From Chiloscyllium plagiosum (lineage: Eukaryota), in contig NC_057758.1 in the NCBI RefSeq assembly GCF_004010195.1, positions 1,815,542 through 1,879,541 on the forward strand: 64,000 nucleotides of DNA, given 5' to 3'. How positions within the stretch are numbered: position 1 is the first letter of the stretch; each line of letters starts with the position of its first letter. Made by a program: the position numbers and the translations under genes. Positions 11,571 through 25,404 of the stretch are shown one piece after another. The notes beneath the pieces are model-generated. The model was given only the letters and a program-made list of their open reading frames with translations, searched no databases and was not told where the DNA came from.

Positions 11571-14570
11571 GTGGAGCAGGTAAATCCTGAGAAATGGGCC
11601 CCACATCCATGCACTACATGCCAAATATGGTCTATCCAGAGACATACACAAATTTTACAGCATATCACTGCTGTTATATTAAAGTCATCTCTAAATAAAT
11701 ACCATTACAGCATTTGCCCTCTGAATTACTGACTCGGCCTGCCAGATTACCTTGAGTAATTCTCCACGAAAACTCTCAAGTCCTTTTGCTCTTCAGATTT
11801 CTGACTGTTGTTGCATTTTCAAAATATTCGATGTCTTATTCTTGCGACCAAAATGCATGACGTCACACTTTCATGCATTTTATTCCATCTGCAACTTCTT
11901 TGCCCAGTCTTCTAACTTGCCCAAATAGTTCTGCAGGTCCTCCCCAATGTCTTTCTACCTATTTTTTTGTCGTCTGCAAACTTAGCCAGAATTCCCTCAG
12001 TTCCTTCATCCAGATCGTTAATCACAGAATCCCTAAATTGTGGAAACAGGTAATTTAGCTCCACAAGTCTACATTTACCCTCCAAAAGTATCCCACAGAG
12101 ATCCATTTAGCTATCTACTTACACTACTAATGCACCTAACCTTCATGCCCTTGGACAATCTAGCATGACTAACCCAACTTACCTGCACAATTTTGGGAGG
12201 ACACCGTGGGAGGAAACTGCACCTCGTGGAGAAAAGCCACACAAACATGGGGAGAACGTGCATGCTCCACACAAAGAGTCGCCCACGGCTGAAATCGAAC
12301 CAGGGACCTAGCGCTGTGAGGCAGTAGTGCAACTGCTGTGCTGCATATAAGCATGCAATGTGATAAATCCGTTTAGAACACTGAGCCTTGGAGAACATTG
12401 CTTGTCATGGGCTGTCATTCTGAGAAAGAACTTTTAATTTCACACTCGGCTTTCTGCCAGAAAGCCAAGCTTCCATCCATGTTCATACCTTGCCTCTGAC
12501 ACCATGAGTTCTTACCGAAATCATTAGTATCCTGTGCAGCATCTTGTCAAAGGCCTCCTTGAAGTCCAGTTAGATAACATTCATTGGTTCTCTTTGATTT
12601 ACAGCAGATTTATAGCAGATTTGTCAGGCCGGACCTCCCCAAGGTGAAATCACAATGACTTTGTTCTATTTTACCAGACATTTGCGATCTTATCCTTTAA
12701 AATGAATTCCAGTTCCCACGACCGAGTTTCGTCTGAGTTGTCTGCAATTTTCTGTAATTTTCCTTAATCCCTTTTCAAACAGTGTGCCTTGTTAGACATT
12801 TTTAAGTCTTCTGGGAACTTCCCTTGTTCAAGCGATTTCTGAATCTTCACAATTCATGCCTCCACTATATCTTGAGCTATCTCTATTTGTACTCTGCGTT
12901 ATAGTCCATCGTATCCACTTCGAAAGCTTTTCAGTTTCTCTGGCACGTTCTCCTTGGTGAAGGCCACTATACCCAACACTGTCCTTAACTGTCTTGAATG
13001 TTTGGGATATTTCTCGTGTCTTCCACCGTAAAGACTGACACGAAATCATTATTCAGTTCCTCAGACATTTCCTTGTTCTCCACTAAAATCTCTCCAGCCC
13101 ATTTCCCAGCGGCCCAATGACCACTTTTGCTTCTTTTTTACACTCATGAAACTCTTATGAAATTACTTCATATTACTGTCTATCTTATCGTCATATTTAA
13201 TTTTCTCCATCTTTTTATTTATTGCCCTCTGTTTTGTCTTCATAATCTTTCCAATACTCTGGTTTCCTGCGGCCGGAGGTCACAGTTCGTTTCCGCTCTC
13301 CCTGACTCCCCCAGTCAGCCATGGTTGCGTCATCTTCCCTCTATTATGCTTCATTTTGCTCTGGAAAAATCTCTACCATATCTCCTAAATTTCTCCCAGA
13401 GACTGCTATCACTACTGTTCCACTGTCTTTCCTGCTAGTCTCCTCTCCCAGTCAATTCTTCCGAGCTCCTCCCTCATGCCTTTGCAGTTGCCTTTATTCG
13501 GTAGTATTACAGTTACCGTTGATTCTATCATCTTGCTTTCAAATTGCACAGTAAATTCAATCACTGCTTCGAAACGTTTTCTTCAGCTAAAACTCCCTTC
13601 TCAAGTCTGCCTCAGTGCACAAAACTGAATTCAGTATTATCTGATCCCTAGCGTTCTCCAAAACAAACTGCTCTAAAAAGGTCAGCTCATAGACATCCCA
13701 CACTTGCCATCCACTCTCAATCTGATTTTCTCATGTCACCAGCATATTGAACTTCCCCACGATCACTGTAACTTTGCCTTTCCTACACTTCTTTTCTATC
13801 TTGCAGTGTATCTTGCGCTCCAGCTCTCGATCACGATTTGGAGGTCGTTACATAAGTCCAATTATGTTTTGTCTATGTTTAATTGTTCCACAATTCTACT
13901 CACACAGATTCTATAGCGTCCGACACGACTTATTTTCACATTACTGATTTAATTTCATTTCTTGTGATTAAGGCAACCCTCTGCCCACGTGCCTACCTTT
14001 TCAATAGGATGTACATCTTTGAAAATTCAGTTCTTAACCCTTATCACCTTGCAGCCATGTCTCAATGACGCCCACCACGCCAAACCTGTTCCTTGTACCA
14101 TATTCATTCAGATATCACACCTTAAGTTCTGCATTAACTATCCCTCTATTCGTTGTCATTCGGTTGTGCAGTGTGCTTGAAATTTGATTGCTAATTTTGT
14201 CCATACACCTTGTTCTATTTCTATGCATGTTAGAGACTTTAATAACCTATCCTGAGTTCTGCACTCTTACCTTCTCTTTTAATTCGCGTTTTCTAATTTC
14301 CCCTGTCCGTGAGTCCTGCACCACACCTCCTCTGCTCCACTACACTCCATCATTTAGTTTAAGGCTCTGCATGCTGCCCTAGTTATGTGATTCGCAGGAC
14401 TCTGGTCACAGCACGGTTCAGATGAAAAAAATCCCACTGGACCAGGTCCACTCTGCATCGTCTGGTGCGCCTGTCCGATGAATTCAAACCTATTTCTCCC
14501 ACATCAAATTTTGAGCCAGGCTTGTAACTGCTTAATCTTAACGATACTATGCCATTGGTTCCTACCTGGA
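11570..14570 (-). mobile_element. Long decayed CR1 with ORF1 SGNH-esterase remnant; older SINE nested at about 12020-12340
   Basis: INDLDEGTEGILAKFADD; DFFHLNRAVTRVL (DGLHLN-like) near 14390-14450. Confidence 0.8.
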
Positions 14571-14619
14571 CCAGGAAGACTGAATACTTCCCCTCCCACT
14601 CAACGAAAAAAGCCTACAC

Positions 14620-14990
14620 CCCTAAATGAACCACAGTCATAAATGATTGTGGATTTGAGTATCCATGCGAACTGTCAAAGGATTATATTGCAGCCACTTA
14701 AATCTAAGGCATCTATTTGAAAGCATCAATCAGGTTTTATTTAGTACGAAGCAACTGTATGATATGTCCATATGCCTTTGTAATCCACTCAGATATTTGA
14801 TAGCATCTTGAAGACTGTGTTCCAATTCTGATTCAAAGCTCATCAATGAGAAATTTAACATTATTCTTTTCAAACAACTGACGTCGTTTGGAAGCAACTG
14901 TTTACATTCAATCCGTCAATGTCACATTGTTAATAAAATCGATCTTGGGTATTTCTTACAATTGGAGTATCCCAATCATTAAAAATTACA
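14620..14990 (+). pseudogene. Possible decayed V-set relic
   Basis: RTVKGLYCS, EKFNI, ATVYIQSV and DLG motifs in V order across frames. Confidence 0.3.
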
Positions 14991-15419
14991 ATCTCATAGC
15001 AGTCATGATTTGTGTAGTGGTGTCTTTCTAATATTCTAAACGCACAAAATGATGGTTAAACTCAGTATGATAGCAGCATCAATGAAGAGAGGAAACAGAG
15101 ATATTATTTCGAGTACAGTGAACATTTTTTTTCTGGAATTTAGATTGATTTCATAATGTTTTCTCTGCATCCGTTGCAAAGTAATGATGTAACAATGCAG
15201 AAAATGAATGTTTTGGCATAGATTTATTAAGGTACCTGTTTGATCTAACTGAAACCCAAAATGAACATCACAGAAATTCTGATAAATTCAAGCTGATATT
15301 AATTATCTGTTCATTAGAATACAGAAAGTGGGAGAGGAACTCAATAGTTCTTGCGGCATCGCTGGAGAGACAAAGAAATATTATTTTGAGGCCAATTGCT
15401 TTTCTTCTACAGTTTTCAA

Positions 15420-15700
15420 TCTGAAGATTCCACTCTGTGAGACATGAACGCACTTCTTGTTTCCATCATCCGAGGTGCGTTTTCAATTTGTAAAGATAGA
15501 AAATATAAATGACATTCCACACTTAAGATTTTACAATGTGATTATCAGTCATTTTTCCTTTAAGTGAATTGATTCACAATTGCTCTGACGAACGAGAACG
15601 ACCAACACACTTTCAGAAGATCGGTCATTCCATTTCAATAAAGTAGACTCTGTAATAAAAACTGAAATTACTTCAGTATTTATTTAACAAACACAATGCA
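15420..15700 (-). pseudogene. Possible decayed V-set relic
   Basis: VCWS, then LQIENA / TSDDGNKKC (E-F strand-like). Confidence 0.25.
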
Positions 15701-16249
15701 GAGTTTATATGTATAGGAAGTGATGAGAAGCCAGCAGAATACCAATCCTCATTGCGGAGACCAATTTCCACTATGCAGACATAGATCGACCTAGAAGTTA
15801 ATTTTAACATTTTTTATATTGATTGTTGTACTAACTGTAACGAGCGAGTTAACATTGATTGGAATATCAACAGACTTCTTAAAATGTCTGAAACGTTTTG
15901 GAAGAATGAAAAATGATTTTTCTCCTGTGGCCTTATCGATTGAATAATAACGGGTGTACAAATTAGCTAAATAAAATTCCCAAAGAAATATTTCGAAGCA
16001 GTCGGTTGAGCCAAAGTTTCACATGCAAAGCTTATGCATGGTGAAATATTACAAGCGAAAGTATGTGCAATTGTGGATTAGGAACGATTTTGATGCATAG
16101 GATAAGGAATGCAGGTCGGGGCTTCAACCGAAGTAATGGATTCATTTATGGGTTCTAACAGACGATTAAAGCCATAATTTCTCTGTGGAGCAATTCAGGT
16201 AATATCATTATTCCACATTTAAAGAATGTTGGCGTTTCAAAAATTCTGC

Positions 16250-16700
16250 CAGAGCACAGTTAAGACTCAGTAAAAAATCTGTGGCTCCAGATCACGTTCA
16301 TGGGGACAAAGTAAGTGTTGCAGTTTCCTTCCGTAAGAGACATTTATGAATCATGTTTTTTTTTTCAACAATGGCCGTCATTTCGAATTTGTTCTTTTTA
16401 TCATGATTGTACAATTCTCCAATCAAAATTTCACTGATGAACTATCACTGGACTGAAAATGTTAACATCTCTCCACAAATGCTGCCAACCCTGTTGAATT
16501 TCTGTAGAATTTTGTGTTGTTTTGTTCCAGTTGAGATCATTAATCTTTGGACTGACTTCTCATTCCTGAAATTCGATGTCCACGCCTTTATCGTTCAATT
16601 CAAGAAAGCCACGCTTAGCCATGTAGTTCAGATCTAGGCATTGTTACCAACTGCATTTCCAAAGATGGCAATAATAATAACTAGAGGCTTAACCTTGTCC
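16250..16700 (+). pseudogene. Possible decayed V-set relic interrupted by a pLTR remnant
   Basis: VHGDKVS/CSF; KKATLS / SDLGIVTNC. Confidence 0.3.
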
Positions 16701-16908
16701 CAGAGCAATCTCTAAGACATGACGTGTTATTCGGATTGTTTTACTTTTCATTGTTGTGAAATTCTGAATTATCATCATCTGAATTCAAAACATTTATTTG
16801 CATCATTCAGCTGAAAGGGCATCATAAATATTTCAACAAATCCAAACAGACGTTATACGTGAACATAGTCCCATTTCTTCATGTGCAGGAAGAGATGTTG
16901 TTACATAC

Positions 16909-17651
16909 CTGTGTAATTTTAATTTTAGTTCTCTTTTGACTGCTCCAACGTTCCTTATGTCGTATTCTGGAGGTTGCGACCACTGAGGTTCTGTTTATAA
17001 TTGGCTACGCTTGCTGAAACCAAGAAACAGGTGCAGTATGCTCTGGGAGATGCCGGCCCATGCACTAGTAAAAAACATTTCTTCAAAAGTGCTTCAATCT
17101 TGAATGTGTAAATGATTTGAAAGAATCTGATAAGCGTTATAAATGACTATTGAGAGATTGAGATATTATAAGATAAAAAATGTCCTGGATATTGGAAATG
17201 TATTCACTCAACTTCCCTAACCTAAACACGAGGGGCCAAGTGATGAAACTTCTCGAATTTTGTAATGTTACAAATGATAATAATTACTCACGGATCTGGG
17301 GCAGACTCGAATTTCTCCATCATATTTTACTCCCGGCTCTCCGATTTCTTCTGATTCTATTGATCAGCTATTTTACCATCAGATGCACTTTTTGTGCAAG
17401 TACAGCTCTCAGGAGTCTCCGGGCTCACAGAATGGGGAGAGTGAGAATATAAAATGCCATGCCACGAAAAAATCTCTTATTGCTTGTAACCTTAGCCAAT
17501 TTTATCTTGCTGCCGAAAACATTGCTGGTGAATTCCATACTTGACAGAAACTTTGGTTTGGAATATTAGTGCGTGCATCTGCATTAATTTGTGCAGAAAT
17601 TGGCTTTGATACTGCAGCTCCTCAGTTGCTGCACCGACATTGTGATATATG
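16909..17651 (-). pseudogene. Decayed V(J) exon (17292-17651, 360 nt) plus downstream 105-nt exon (16909-17013)
   Basis: Canonical acceptor and donor on both exons. Frame-broken MSVQQ, SAQIN/C, W..HQQ..GSKIK/WL, ILTL/HSV/EPGDS and J-like AGSKI. Confidence 0.45.
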
Positions 17652-17719
17652 CTGTGAAACAAAGTAAGTTCAGTCAAGAGGTAAAATTGTGCTGAAACTT
17701 CCTTTTACCCAAATTAATA

Positions 17720-18070
17720 GACAACGAAATTCACTAATTAATTACACAAACCACAATTTTCTCAATTCACTTCAAATTTGCATAACGCAGTAGCCGGATT
17801 TATGTCAACAAACTGAAGATTGTGTTGGTTTGTCCAAACTTAAAACACAGGTTAATGGGGACATGCAAATCCCTTTTGCCGACTTTGGGGCCGGGGAGAA
17901 AGGACTCCATTTTACTCGCTCTTTCTGTCACTGCAATTTGTAAACAACAAATCAAGTTCAGTCAAAATTGCCAAGCAGTAGAGCTAACGGACTGTTATGC
18001 CTGTTTGATCAAGAAGCTGAGCTGGAGAGATGATTTGGAGACACCGGTGTTTGACTGGACTGGACAAAAG
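17720..18070 (+). pseudogene. Decayed V(J) relic
   Basis: RLCWFVQT*NTG*W (W at 17826-17828), AVELTDCYAC and J-like PVFDWTGQK. Confidence 0.45.
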
Positions 18071-18820
18071 TAAAAATCACACAACACCAAGTTATGATCC
18101 AACAGGTTTATTTGAAATCAAAAGCTTTCGGAGCTCTTTGATCAGTGGTTTTGGAGAATAAGATAGTAAGACACAGAATTTATTGCAAAATTTTACAATA
18201 TGATGTAACTTAAAGTATGTACTGAAAAACACATGGATTATTTAAGTCTCTCATCTTTTAGCATGACTTTCATAAGTAAATCGCAAAATATTTTTTAAAA
18301 GTTACATTCTCAAGTGAATTTTAACATTTGGTGACATGTCGGCCCAGATAATGTATTGAAGGTGTGAGTTTCCCTTTGTGAAGCTGTCTGTGTCACAATG
18401 GTCAGACTAATTCTCATCTAAAAAGAAGGATTTACATAATTTTGCATGGATTCATGCAGTTTTTGAGCAAAGTAAAATGTAATTCTGCAAGTACAATTTC
18501 ACCCCACAAACTTATGTGTGTATGTGTGCATGTGGGTGTGCGTGTGGGGTGGGGTGGAGTTATGAGTGACTGTGAGACAGTGTGTGTATGTGTGTGAGTG
18601 TAAAAGGGATTAAGAGGGTCTGTGTGGGAGTGTAGATGTGAGTGTATGAGTGGGTCCATATGAATGTGTGTCTCTGGCGGGGAGCGTGTGTGTAGGAATA
18701 TGTGTGTGTGTAGGAGTGTGTGTGTGTCCGCCTTTCTCTCTGTGTGTGTATAGTGCAATGGGGTCACCCGTAGTGTGACATGAACCCAAGGGCCCGGTTG
18801 AAGCCATCACCATGTGTACT
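18070..18820 (-). mobile_element. PLE 3' end with (CA)-rich insert
   Basis: Minus-strand THGDGFNRALGFMSHY (PLE GIY-YIG C-terminus); pLTR homologous to 1900-2110. Confidence 0.8.
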
Positions 18821-18954
18821 GGAGAGACACAGATTCGGCTTCAAGTCCTGCTCCTCAGGGAAGGGGAGGAGGCCAGAGACGATCTCAACAGTTGGTTTTA
18901 AATATCACAATAATTGATTTCACTTCAGATGAAACAAATGTTGTCTTCAAATTT

Positions 18955-19370
18955 CCCTCCCACCCACTGCCCCACCGACACTCGAACCATTTCTCTTTTT
19001 TCTCTCTCTCGCCGGTCTTCCTGCGACCTCCATCCCATTTCCTCACCCTTTTTTCTCCTACTTTCTCGTTCACACTTTCTCCCACCTGCAATCTCTAAGT
19101 AACTAGTTCCTTAGCTCTCCAAATTTCCTCACACTCTCGATGCCTCTTTTCCCCTTGACCTTTACCTTTCCACCGTCCTCCATTTCTCTCCATTATTTCA
19201 GTCGTTCTCCCTCCCCATCTCTCTGTCGCTGCCTGCTTCCCTCACGTCATATTTTATATTCATGTTTCTCTCGCCTCTCTTTCCATTATGCCTTCTTCTT
19301 GTTCTTATTTTCCGTCTCTCCCTACTTCGCTTTCTGTCTCCCCGAATCCTTCACTTTTTTTACCCTCAGT
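18955..19370. repeat. Polypyrimidine (CT-rich) low-complexity tract
   Basis: Base composition. Confidence 0.85.
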
Positions 19371-19620
19371 CACCCAGACGCACCCCACACAGCCCTGTAG
19401 ATTGGGAATGTCTTTCTGCCAACTTGAGCTTTTCCTTCAGAAGCCACCAAATCCTGTGAATCTCTCAAAGTAGTCACATTGATAAGCCAGTCCTCTGGGC
19501 AATGGATCAATACCCTATTATATCTCTCACAAAGTCGTCCAGTCAGGATGGGTTATTTCTGCATCACGTCAATTACTCAGTATTCAAGGTCTTGGATCAA
19601 TCCCCAAACACATGGATGTG
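19370..19620 (-). pseudogene. Decayed V-set relic
   Basis: LIQDLEY*VIDVMQK*PILT; ERFTGFGGF*RKSSSWQKDIPNLQ. Confidence 0.4.
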
Positions 19621-19659
19621 TGAATAGAAAAAGAAGAGAAGTAGAAGTTTCACAGACAT

Positions 19660-19790
19660 AAATGAAGGGCCTTTGCCAGAAACGTCAATTTTACAGCTCC
19701 TCGGATGCTGCCTGATCTGCTGTGCTTTTCCAGCACCACTCTAATGTAGAATCTGGTTTCCAGCATCTGCAGTCTTTGTTTTGACCTAGA
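19660..19790 (+). mobile_element. PLE pLTR fragment (truncated hammerhead)
   Basis: atgaagggcctttgccagaaacgtc...gatgctgcctgatctgctgtgcttttccagca. Confidence 0.75.
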
Positions 19791-20014
19791 CATAGATGAA
19801 CTTCATCCCTGACATTTATTTTCATGGATAGAGAGGGGCCTGTGGCTGCAATTACTTTGCTGCTGTTTGTCTTTGCACAGCTTCAGCTTACAATAAAGAA
19901 ATACGTTCGTATTCTTGGTCAGGTACCAACACTGTTTTCCACAATAATTTATTAAAGCGGGGTTTTTGACAAAAGGCGCTATAGGAAAATATCTTTATGA
20001 ATTAATTTCTGCAG

Positions 20015-20330
20015 TTGCGAGGAGAAGCTGGATGGATTGATGGAAGCTGTGACCTTAGAAGCAGAAAATCATAAACTCTAGATTCACAAATTCAGAGTGC
20101 TTTTTAAAAAAATCAATTCAAAGTCCATCATCTTCTTGAAAGGAATTCAAGCACCCTCGAACATTTAACTGAGTTTCTGGATTAACCAGAGTCTTTAAAT
20201 GGCAATATTCTAATAATTAAGAGTCAATCGATTACTTCCCAACGGCCATTGACTTCATTATTACTTCACAGTCAATTCTGGAATTTTAATAAATTCATTC
20301 GTGGAATGTGGACATTTGTAATTTATTCAT
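20015..20330 (+). pseudogene. Decayed V(J) relic
   Basis: Acceptor atttctgcag, then LRGEAGWIDGSC; gccattgacttcattattac resembles the DSDYYC-coding DNA near 27040; J-like GMWTFVI. Confidence 0.35.
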
Positions 20331-20539
20331 AATATATTAGATACAGAGAGAAATGTGCGATGAGAAAGAAAGAGTAAGCGATAGAAAATGCAGGCAGAAA
20401 ATTCCCGAGACAGCAGAGAGTGTCTTAGTATTGATATGTTTTGTTGCTGATATCCTCGGACATGGTTGTGTAAACATCTTCTTGTGGATTGTCCAGTTCT
20501 CTCCCTTCATCAGTATCCTTGTTTGTTACTTTCAGGTCT

Positions 20540-20770
20540 GAATACACTTCCCATAGCTAACACAATTCAGCTATACATCCTTGACCATTAAGGACAATTT
20601 GGCATGGCTAATACACCTAACTGGCACATCTTTTAACTACAGTAGGAAACCAGGTGGAAACTGCGAGAACGTGCAAAGTCAACTCAGACAGTTGTCGGAC
20701 AGTGGAACCAAATCCGGGTCCGTGTTGTGAGGCACCAATGCTAAACACTGAATTACCGCGCCTCTCTTCT
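20540..20770 (-). mobile_element. Old HE1-like SINE
   Basis: Degenerate V-SINE core and tRNA head. Confidence 0.7.
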
Positions 20771-22354
20771 TGCCGCATGTAGCAATTGAGCAGTTTCTCA
20801 ATTGGATCTCCAGAGTGGAGCAGGGCAGGCGGATCCATAATCGTTCACTTGGGGTAGCGGAGCAAGAAGATGGGAAAGGGGACAATGACATCCCAGTGAC
20901 TTGCACACTCTGATACCTCAGCACCGCTTCCTTCATTAACCAATCATTCCTGTTCATTCCCAGGACATGGACGGCACTGTCCTGTCCTGCATTTGGCTCC
21001 CATCAACAGTTGACTCATTTGAGAGGGTGGCTACGTGGGGGAGTGGGGTAATAAACGATCTTGGGAGTGTGTAACAAGATTTTGACCCATTGACAATAAA
21101 GGAATATCCACGAATTTTCGTACTCAGGCGTGACTGGTTTGAAGTAGAATTTGAAATCGATTAGAGTTCATATGTATTTGCACCCTTTTCCTTCCAGACA
21201 GAACAGTCCATGTGTTTGGAAGGTGGTACTATTATCCCTTGATTATACTTCAGAGAGATGACAGCGGCGCATTCATTATTGACTATAAATTGCAATTATA
21301 TGAGGCTTTCTCTTTGGAGCTGACAGAGCTAACTGTGCTTCTGCCATTTCTGATAACTGATCACGATGAAATATGATACTACTATTCACAATCTGAAATT
21401 AGACATATGCCACAAGATGCTGTTAACGGCACTTTCCCGACTCAAAAGTGATTGGTTAGACTCAAGGGGATGAGCATACTCAAGAGTAGCCCAAATTATC
21501 GACTGAGATTAGCTTCAGACGGAGTCTTAGATGTACCTTGGTGCATCCCATATTAACTGTTTTTGCGATTCGTTCAATGTCATGGTGGCAGCATGTCAGA
21601 AACAATAAACATTTATGGAGCAACTCAATTTCATCATCTTTACATCTGTCAATTATATACTCCCCTCCAGAGAGTACGCAGCCTACGTTTCCACCTACAA
21701 AACAAAGTTCAAGAGTTCACAATGCCCGCAATCATTGTGAACTCCCTGAGATTGACCCATCAACCGTAAAACAACTGTTCCATCAGCCATTCATGAGAAA
21801 ACTTCATATAATGAACACAGACAATCACTGGGATGGAGAGGAAGATGTCACCTGTTGATTATGACAATGATGGTGGATATCCATTGGCACAGGATGGTTT
21901 ATAAAACAACAGAACTGAATTGGAAAGCTCATTCATGGGAAATACCAGCAATGTTTCATCAATTGCACAGTGACTGTTGGTGGACTGGATCGAAAGTTCA
22001 ATCATATTCAAAAAACTCATGCCAAAAGTGTATTTGCTGTTGATCGCTGGGGGCCGGTGAGTCTGAAGAGGCGGGGGCGGGGAGTATCGACCACACGAAT
22101 GCCATGTAAGGAAGGAAGTCTGCTGTCCTTATCTGATTTTATATATATATATGTGACTCCAGCCTCACAGGAATTAGGAATTGCCTCTGGGCAATTAGCA
22201 ATGGGCAATAAATGTTTTCTTTGTTAATATCGCCTTCATCTCACAAAATATTATTGTACACGTCAAATGTAAAAATCAGTTGTAAACCCAACTGAATGGA
22301 ATTTAGACCTCGGGGAATGAATGATGGCAGTCAACATTTCCAATATTAGTTAAG

Positions 22355-22626
22355 GCTCTCTGACAAAGGACGAACTCATCCTTAACGAAAACCAACGTAG
22401 CTTCAGTCCTTCATCATCAGTGCATGACTGCACTATCAATACGATCCCAAGTGCTAACAACAGGGCATTTCTCATCCTTGACATATTTTTGCTTCACTGT
22501 GAAATATTTAGAGGGCAAAAGCTCCTTATTCGATATCACAGACTGTTCTGCAATTGATAAGAGCGAATAAACATAATATGGAAGGAACACATGGTGTGCA
22601 CATGAAAGGTTCCAACACTCTCGCAC
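22355..22626 (-). pseudogene. Decayed V(J) relic, largely in one frame
   Basis: NLSCAHHVFLPYYVYS (TCG for TGG)...YFTV...DSAVMH*, then in-frame TLVFVKDEFVL (LVFGKG-like J). Confidence 0.55.
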
Positions 22627-23139
22627 ATATATGCATACTCACTCACACAAACATACTCAAACACACCGACATACATACACATACTCACACACTTAGGTGC
22701 ACGCACACGACTGCATACATTGAGATACACACAAACATAGGCATACACACATGCACATTTACGTGCACAGACATACGCATGTTCATGCGCACATAGTTAC
22801 GCACAGTAACACATGCAGACTCACACTGACATTCATGTGCACACTGAAACAAGCAGTCACACACGTACACCCATACACATATAAACAAGCAAAGACATAC
22901 TCGCACACCACAGCTACACACACTGACATTCACATGTATAGATAGGCAGACACGCGCAGAATCACAGAGAAACACTCACTCACATGCAGTAACATATACG
23001 GACTCACAGACATTTTGTGCTAAATATGCACTTAACCATCCAGAAAAACCCGTAAACATTTTAACAGGCACTCACTGTCACACAGACACTTTCAGACATA
23101 CACACGCCGTATACACACAATCTCAGACCTATAGATAGA

Positions 23140-23170
<31 letters not shown>
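22627..23170. repeat. Degenerate (CA)n region ending in (GATA)n(GACA)n
   Basis: Direct reading. Confidence 0.9.
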
Positions 23171-24070
23171 TCTGAAAAATATTCTTCCACTGAAGATCCC
23201 ATTTGACTTCATCTTTTGTTTCACCCTGCTAGGAGGGTCTTTGAAACAAGCCTTGCCTGAGTCCAGGTGTATAAAAACTACTGAAATGTTCGCATCCATC
23301 AACTCTGTTACTTCCCTAAAACGGTGTGACACAACCTTCCCTGCACGATGCAATGTTGCTTATTGCAAGTAACTTCATATTTTCCCAAACGTGAACAAAT
23401 TCTCTTACAACAAATCTTGTCCAATATTTTCCCTATCACAAACAAAAGGCTTCCTGATCGATAATTTCACGATTCTAATTGTTTCCCTGCTGATACAGGG
23501 GAGAAACTTTCGGTATTTGCCAGTTCTCTTGGACGTTTGCGGTGATCGAAGAGCATACAAAGATTTTACACATGGTACAGTACTTTCCACAGGTCCGTCC
23601 CTCGGAATTCTGGTATAGATTCCATCAAATGCTCGGGAATGTCGAACATAATTCTATTCCAATCATGGAACACCCCCTCCTATGTTTTGCAGACACACAC
23701 TGGAATATCAACATGCCCTTCGTGATTCTTGCCATTCACCATGCGTTTCTCCACTATGAATACTGATGCAAAACATACATTAAGTATCTCATACACTTCC
23801 AGCGGCTCCAAGCGTCAATTGTCTTATTGGCTTGAGTGAACCTATCATTTCCAGACATCCAATGTTGCTCCATACATATGTATAAAATACGTCTAGATTT
23901 TGCTTAATCATATTTGCTAAAGATTTGCAGTACGTTTTCACCCACCAATTCCTTATTTGAGTTTTTTTCTGATATCTTTGCTTTCTTCAAAGGCTCTGTC
24001 TGTTTTTATTTTCTGAAACCTAATGAATGTTTTTTGCTTTCATTTTGACAAAGCTCATAACTTTCTCTTC
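23170..24070 (-). mobile_element. Decayed CR1 RT fragment
   Basis: VFIHLDSGKACFKDP (LDFSKAFDKVP-like); DGIYTRI and ENWQIPKVSPL remnants. Confidence 0.7.
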
Positions 24071-24160
24071 TTGTGTTTGTTAGGTGCCAGTTATCTCAGC
24101 TCCAGATCAATTGAGTTCTTCAGGTTACTGTCCATTGCCCAACCGTTAACAGCTGCTTCA

Positions 24161-24653
24161 CTAGTTTGGATAGTCGGAGTATTCTATCACATTTCTGAAT
24201 CTTGGTTAGATTCTGCTTTAACAGTAGCCACACGCCCCCACATTACAAAGTCAGAAATGGGGATACTTGATAATGATTGCAAAATGTTCATTTATTCGCG
24301 AATTCTCAAATGCTAAAGCAACAATTTCCAAATGCAACAAGACCTGTACAACGTTCATGCTTGAAATTAGAATAAGCAAATAGCATTCTCGCCACATTCT
24401 TGCAGAGCATCCATAATTTCCAACAAGATACAACATAAGCAATGTTTTTAACATACAGTGATATACCATCACGGAATCCCCCATTATCTGCAGACATGTG
24501 ATTGCCTCTGTCAAAGAATCTAACATTGACAGGTGGTATTATCACTGAACATTCCACGAAAACAATTCTGATGTGGGGACATGTGGCTACTGTTGAAGCA
24601 GAATCTAACCAGAATTCAGAAATGTGATAGAATTCTCTGACTATCCAACTTAG
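24161..24653. repeat. 83-bp inverted repeat (24161-24243 / 24571-24653) around a CR1 RT fragment
   Basis: 74/83 identity by hand; the interior encodes QMQQDLYNV and TITESP. Confidence 0.9.
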
Positions 24654-24829
24654 TTGCAGGTCAAAAACACTTGATACACTCTACCTAATCAAGGGCAAAG
24701 TATTCTGGACGACTGGGAGTACATCCTCTCCATCCACAACCAACGTAACAACACAAACTAGGACACGGGATAACGGAGAAGAGGCAATGACGAATGCAGG
24801 GAAATGTATTTACAAGATTCAGAAATAGT

Positions 24830-25211
24830 GGGTCTTGGGCGATTGGATCACCTGAAGCTGGCAAAGTCTGAATGATAGTAATTGCAGTCAGCGTCAGTCA
24901 GAGGCCCAGAGAGTCTCGGAGTGGGACTCTTTGCCTTTTTCTGACATATTTCTTCACTTAGCCAAATGCTGGAGACCACAGTGCACAGATTTCCGGGAAT
25001 TATATTTGTGACAAATGTGATTCTATGCATCTTCACACATTCATCCGACAAATGCTCTGAAATGTTCAGAAACAGAAAATTAAAGGAAACTGGCTCCTCA
25101 AGTGTTCTAAAACCAATGCTCATGAAGACCAGAAGAGAGACAATGTTCCGATTCTGAACGACTTACCGTGTAGACAGAGCAGTGTGTGGATAATGTGTGT
25201 GAAGCAAGCAT
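24830..25211 (-). pseudogene. Leader exon (25167-25211), 110-nt intron and truncated V exon relic
   Basis: M(fs)ACFTHIIHTLLCLH|gtaagt phase 1; acceptor at 25057; CTVVSSIW..ICQKK..PTPRL..YY. Confidence 0.4.
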
Positions 25212-25404
25212 ATAATTTGGCCACAATAAAATCTTACGAAACTTTTCTTTGGACCAAAATATTGTGAAATAAGTTGATACGGTGTCAGAAAAGCAGACTT
25301 TACATAAGGGTAACCAAATCCTTGTTCCAAGATGGCGGCTAATGAGCAGACGTGAAGGAGGAGGGGGTCGAACGGATGATACAGCGATTGCCCCAAATTA
25401 GTCG

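Noticed and set aside
17776..17870. Two Ig-promoter octamers (ATTTGCAT/ATGCAAAT)
   Set aside because: Several are expected by chance in AT-rich 64 kb (others at 16796 and in gag), and they fall inside a putative plus-strand V relic.
19485..19505. CPEDWL C-type-lectin-like motif (minus)
   Set aside because: No other lectin motifs in frame; the surrounding RFTG/IPNLQ fits a V relic better.
18432..23353. His/Thr, Cys/Val and Phe/Ser-rich ORFs
   Set aside because: Translations of microsatellite and low-complexity tracts.
24977..25010. CACAGTG heptamers (also 10111, 26708, 63458)
   Set aside because: No nonamer at 12 or 23 spacing.
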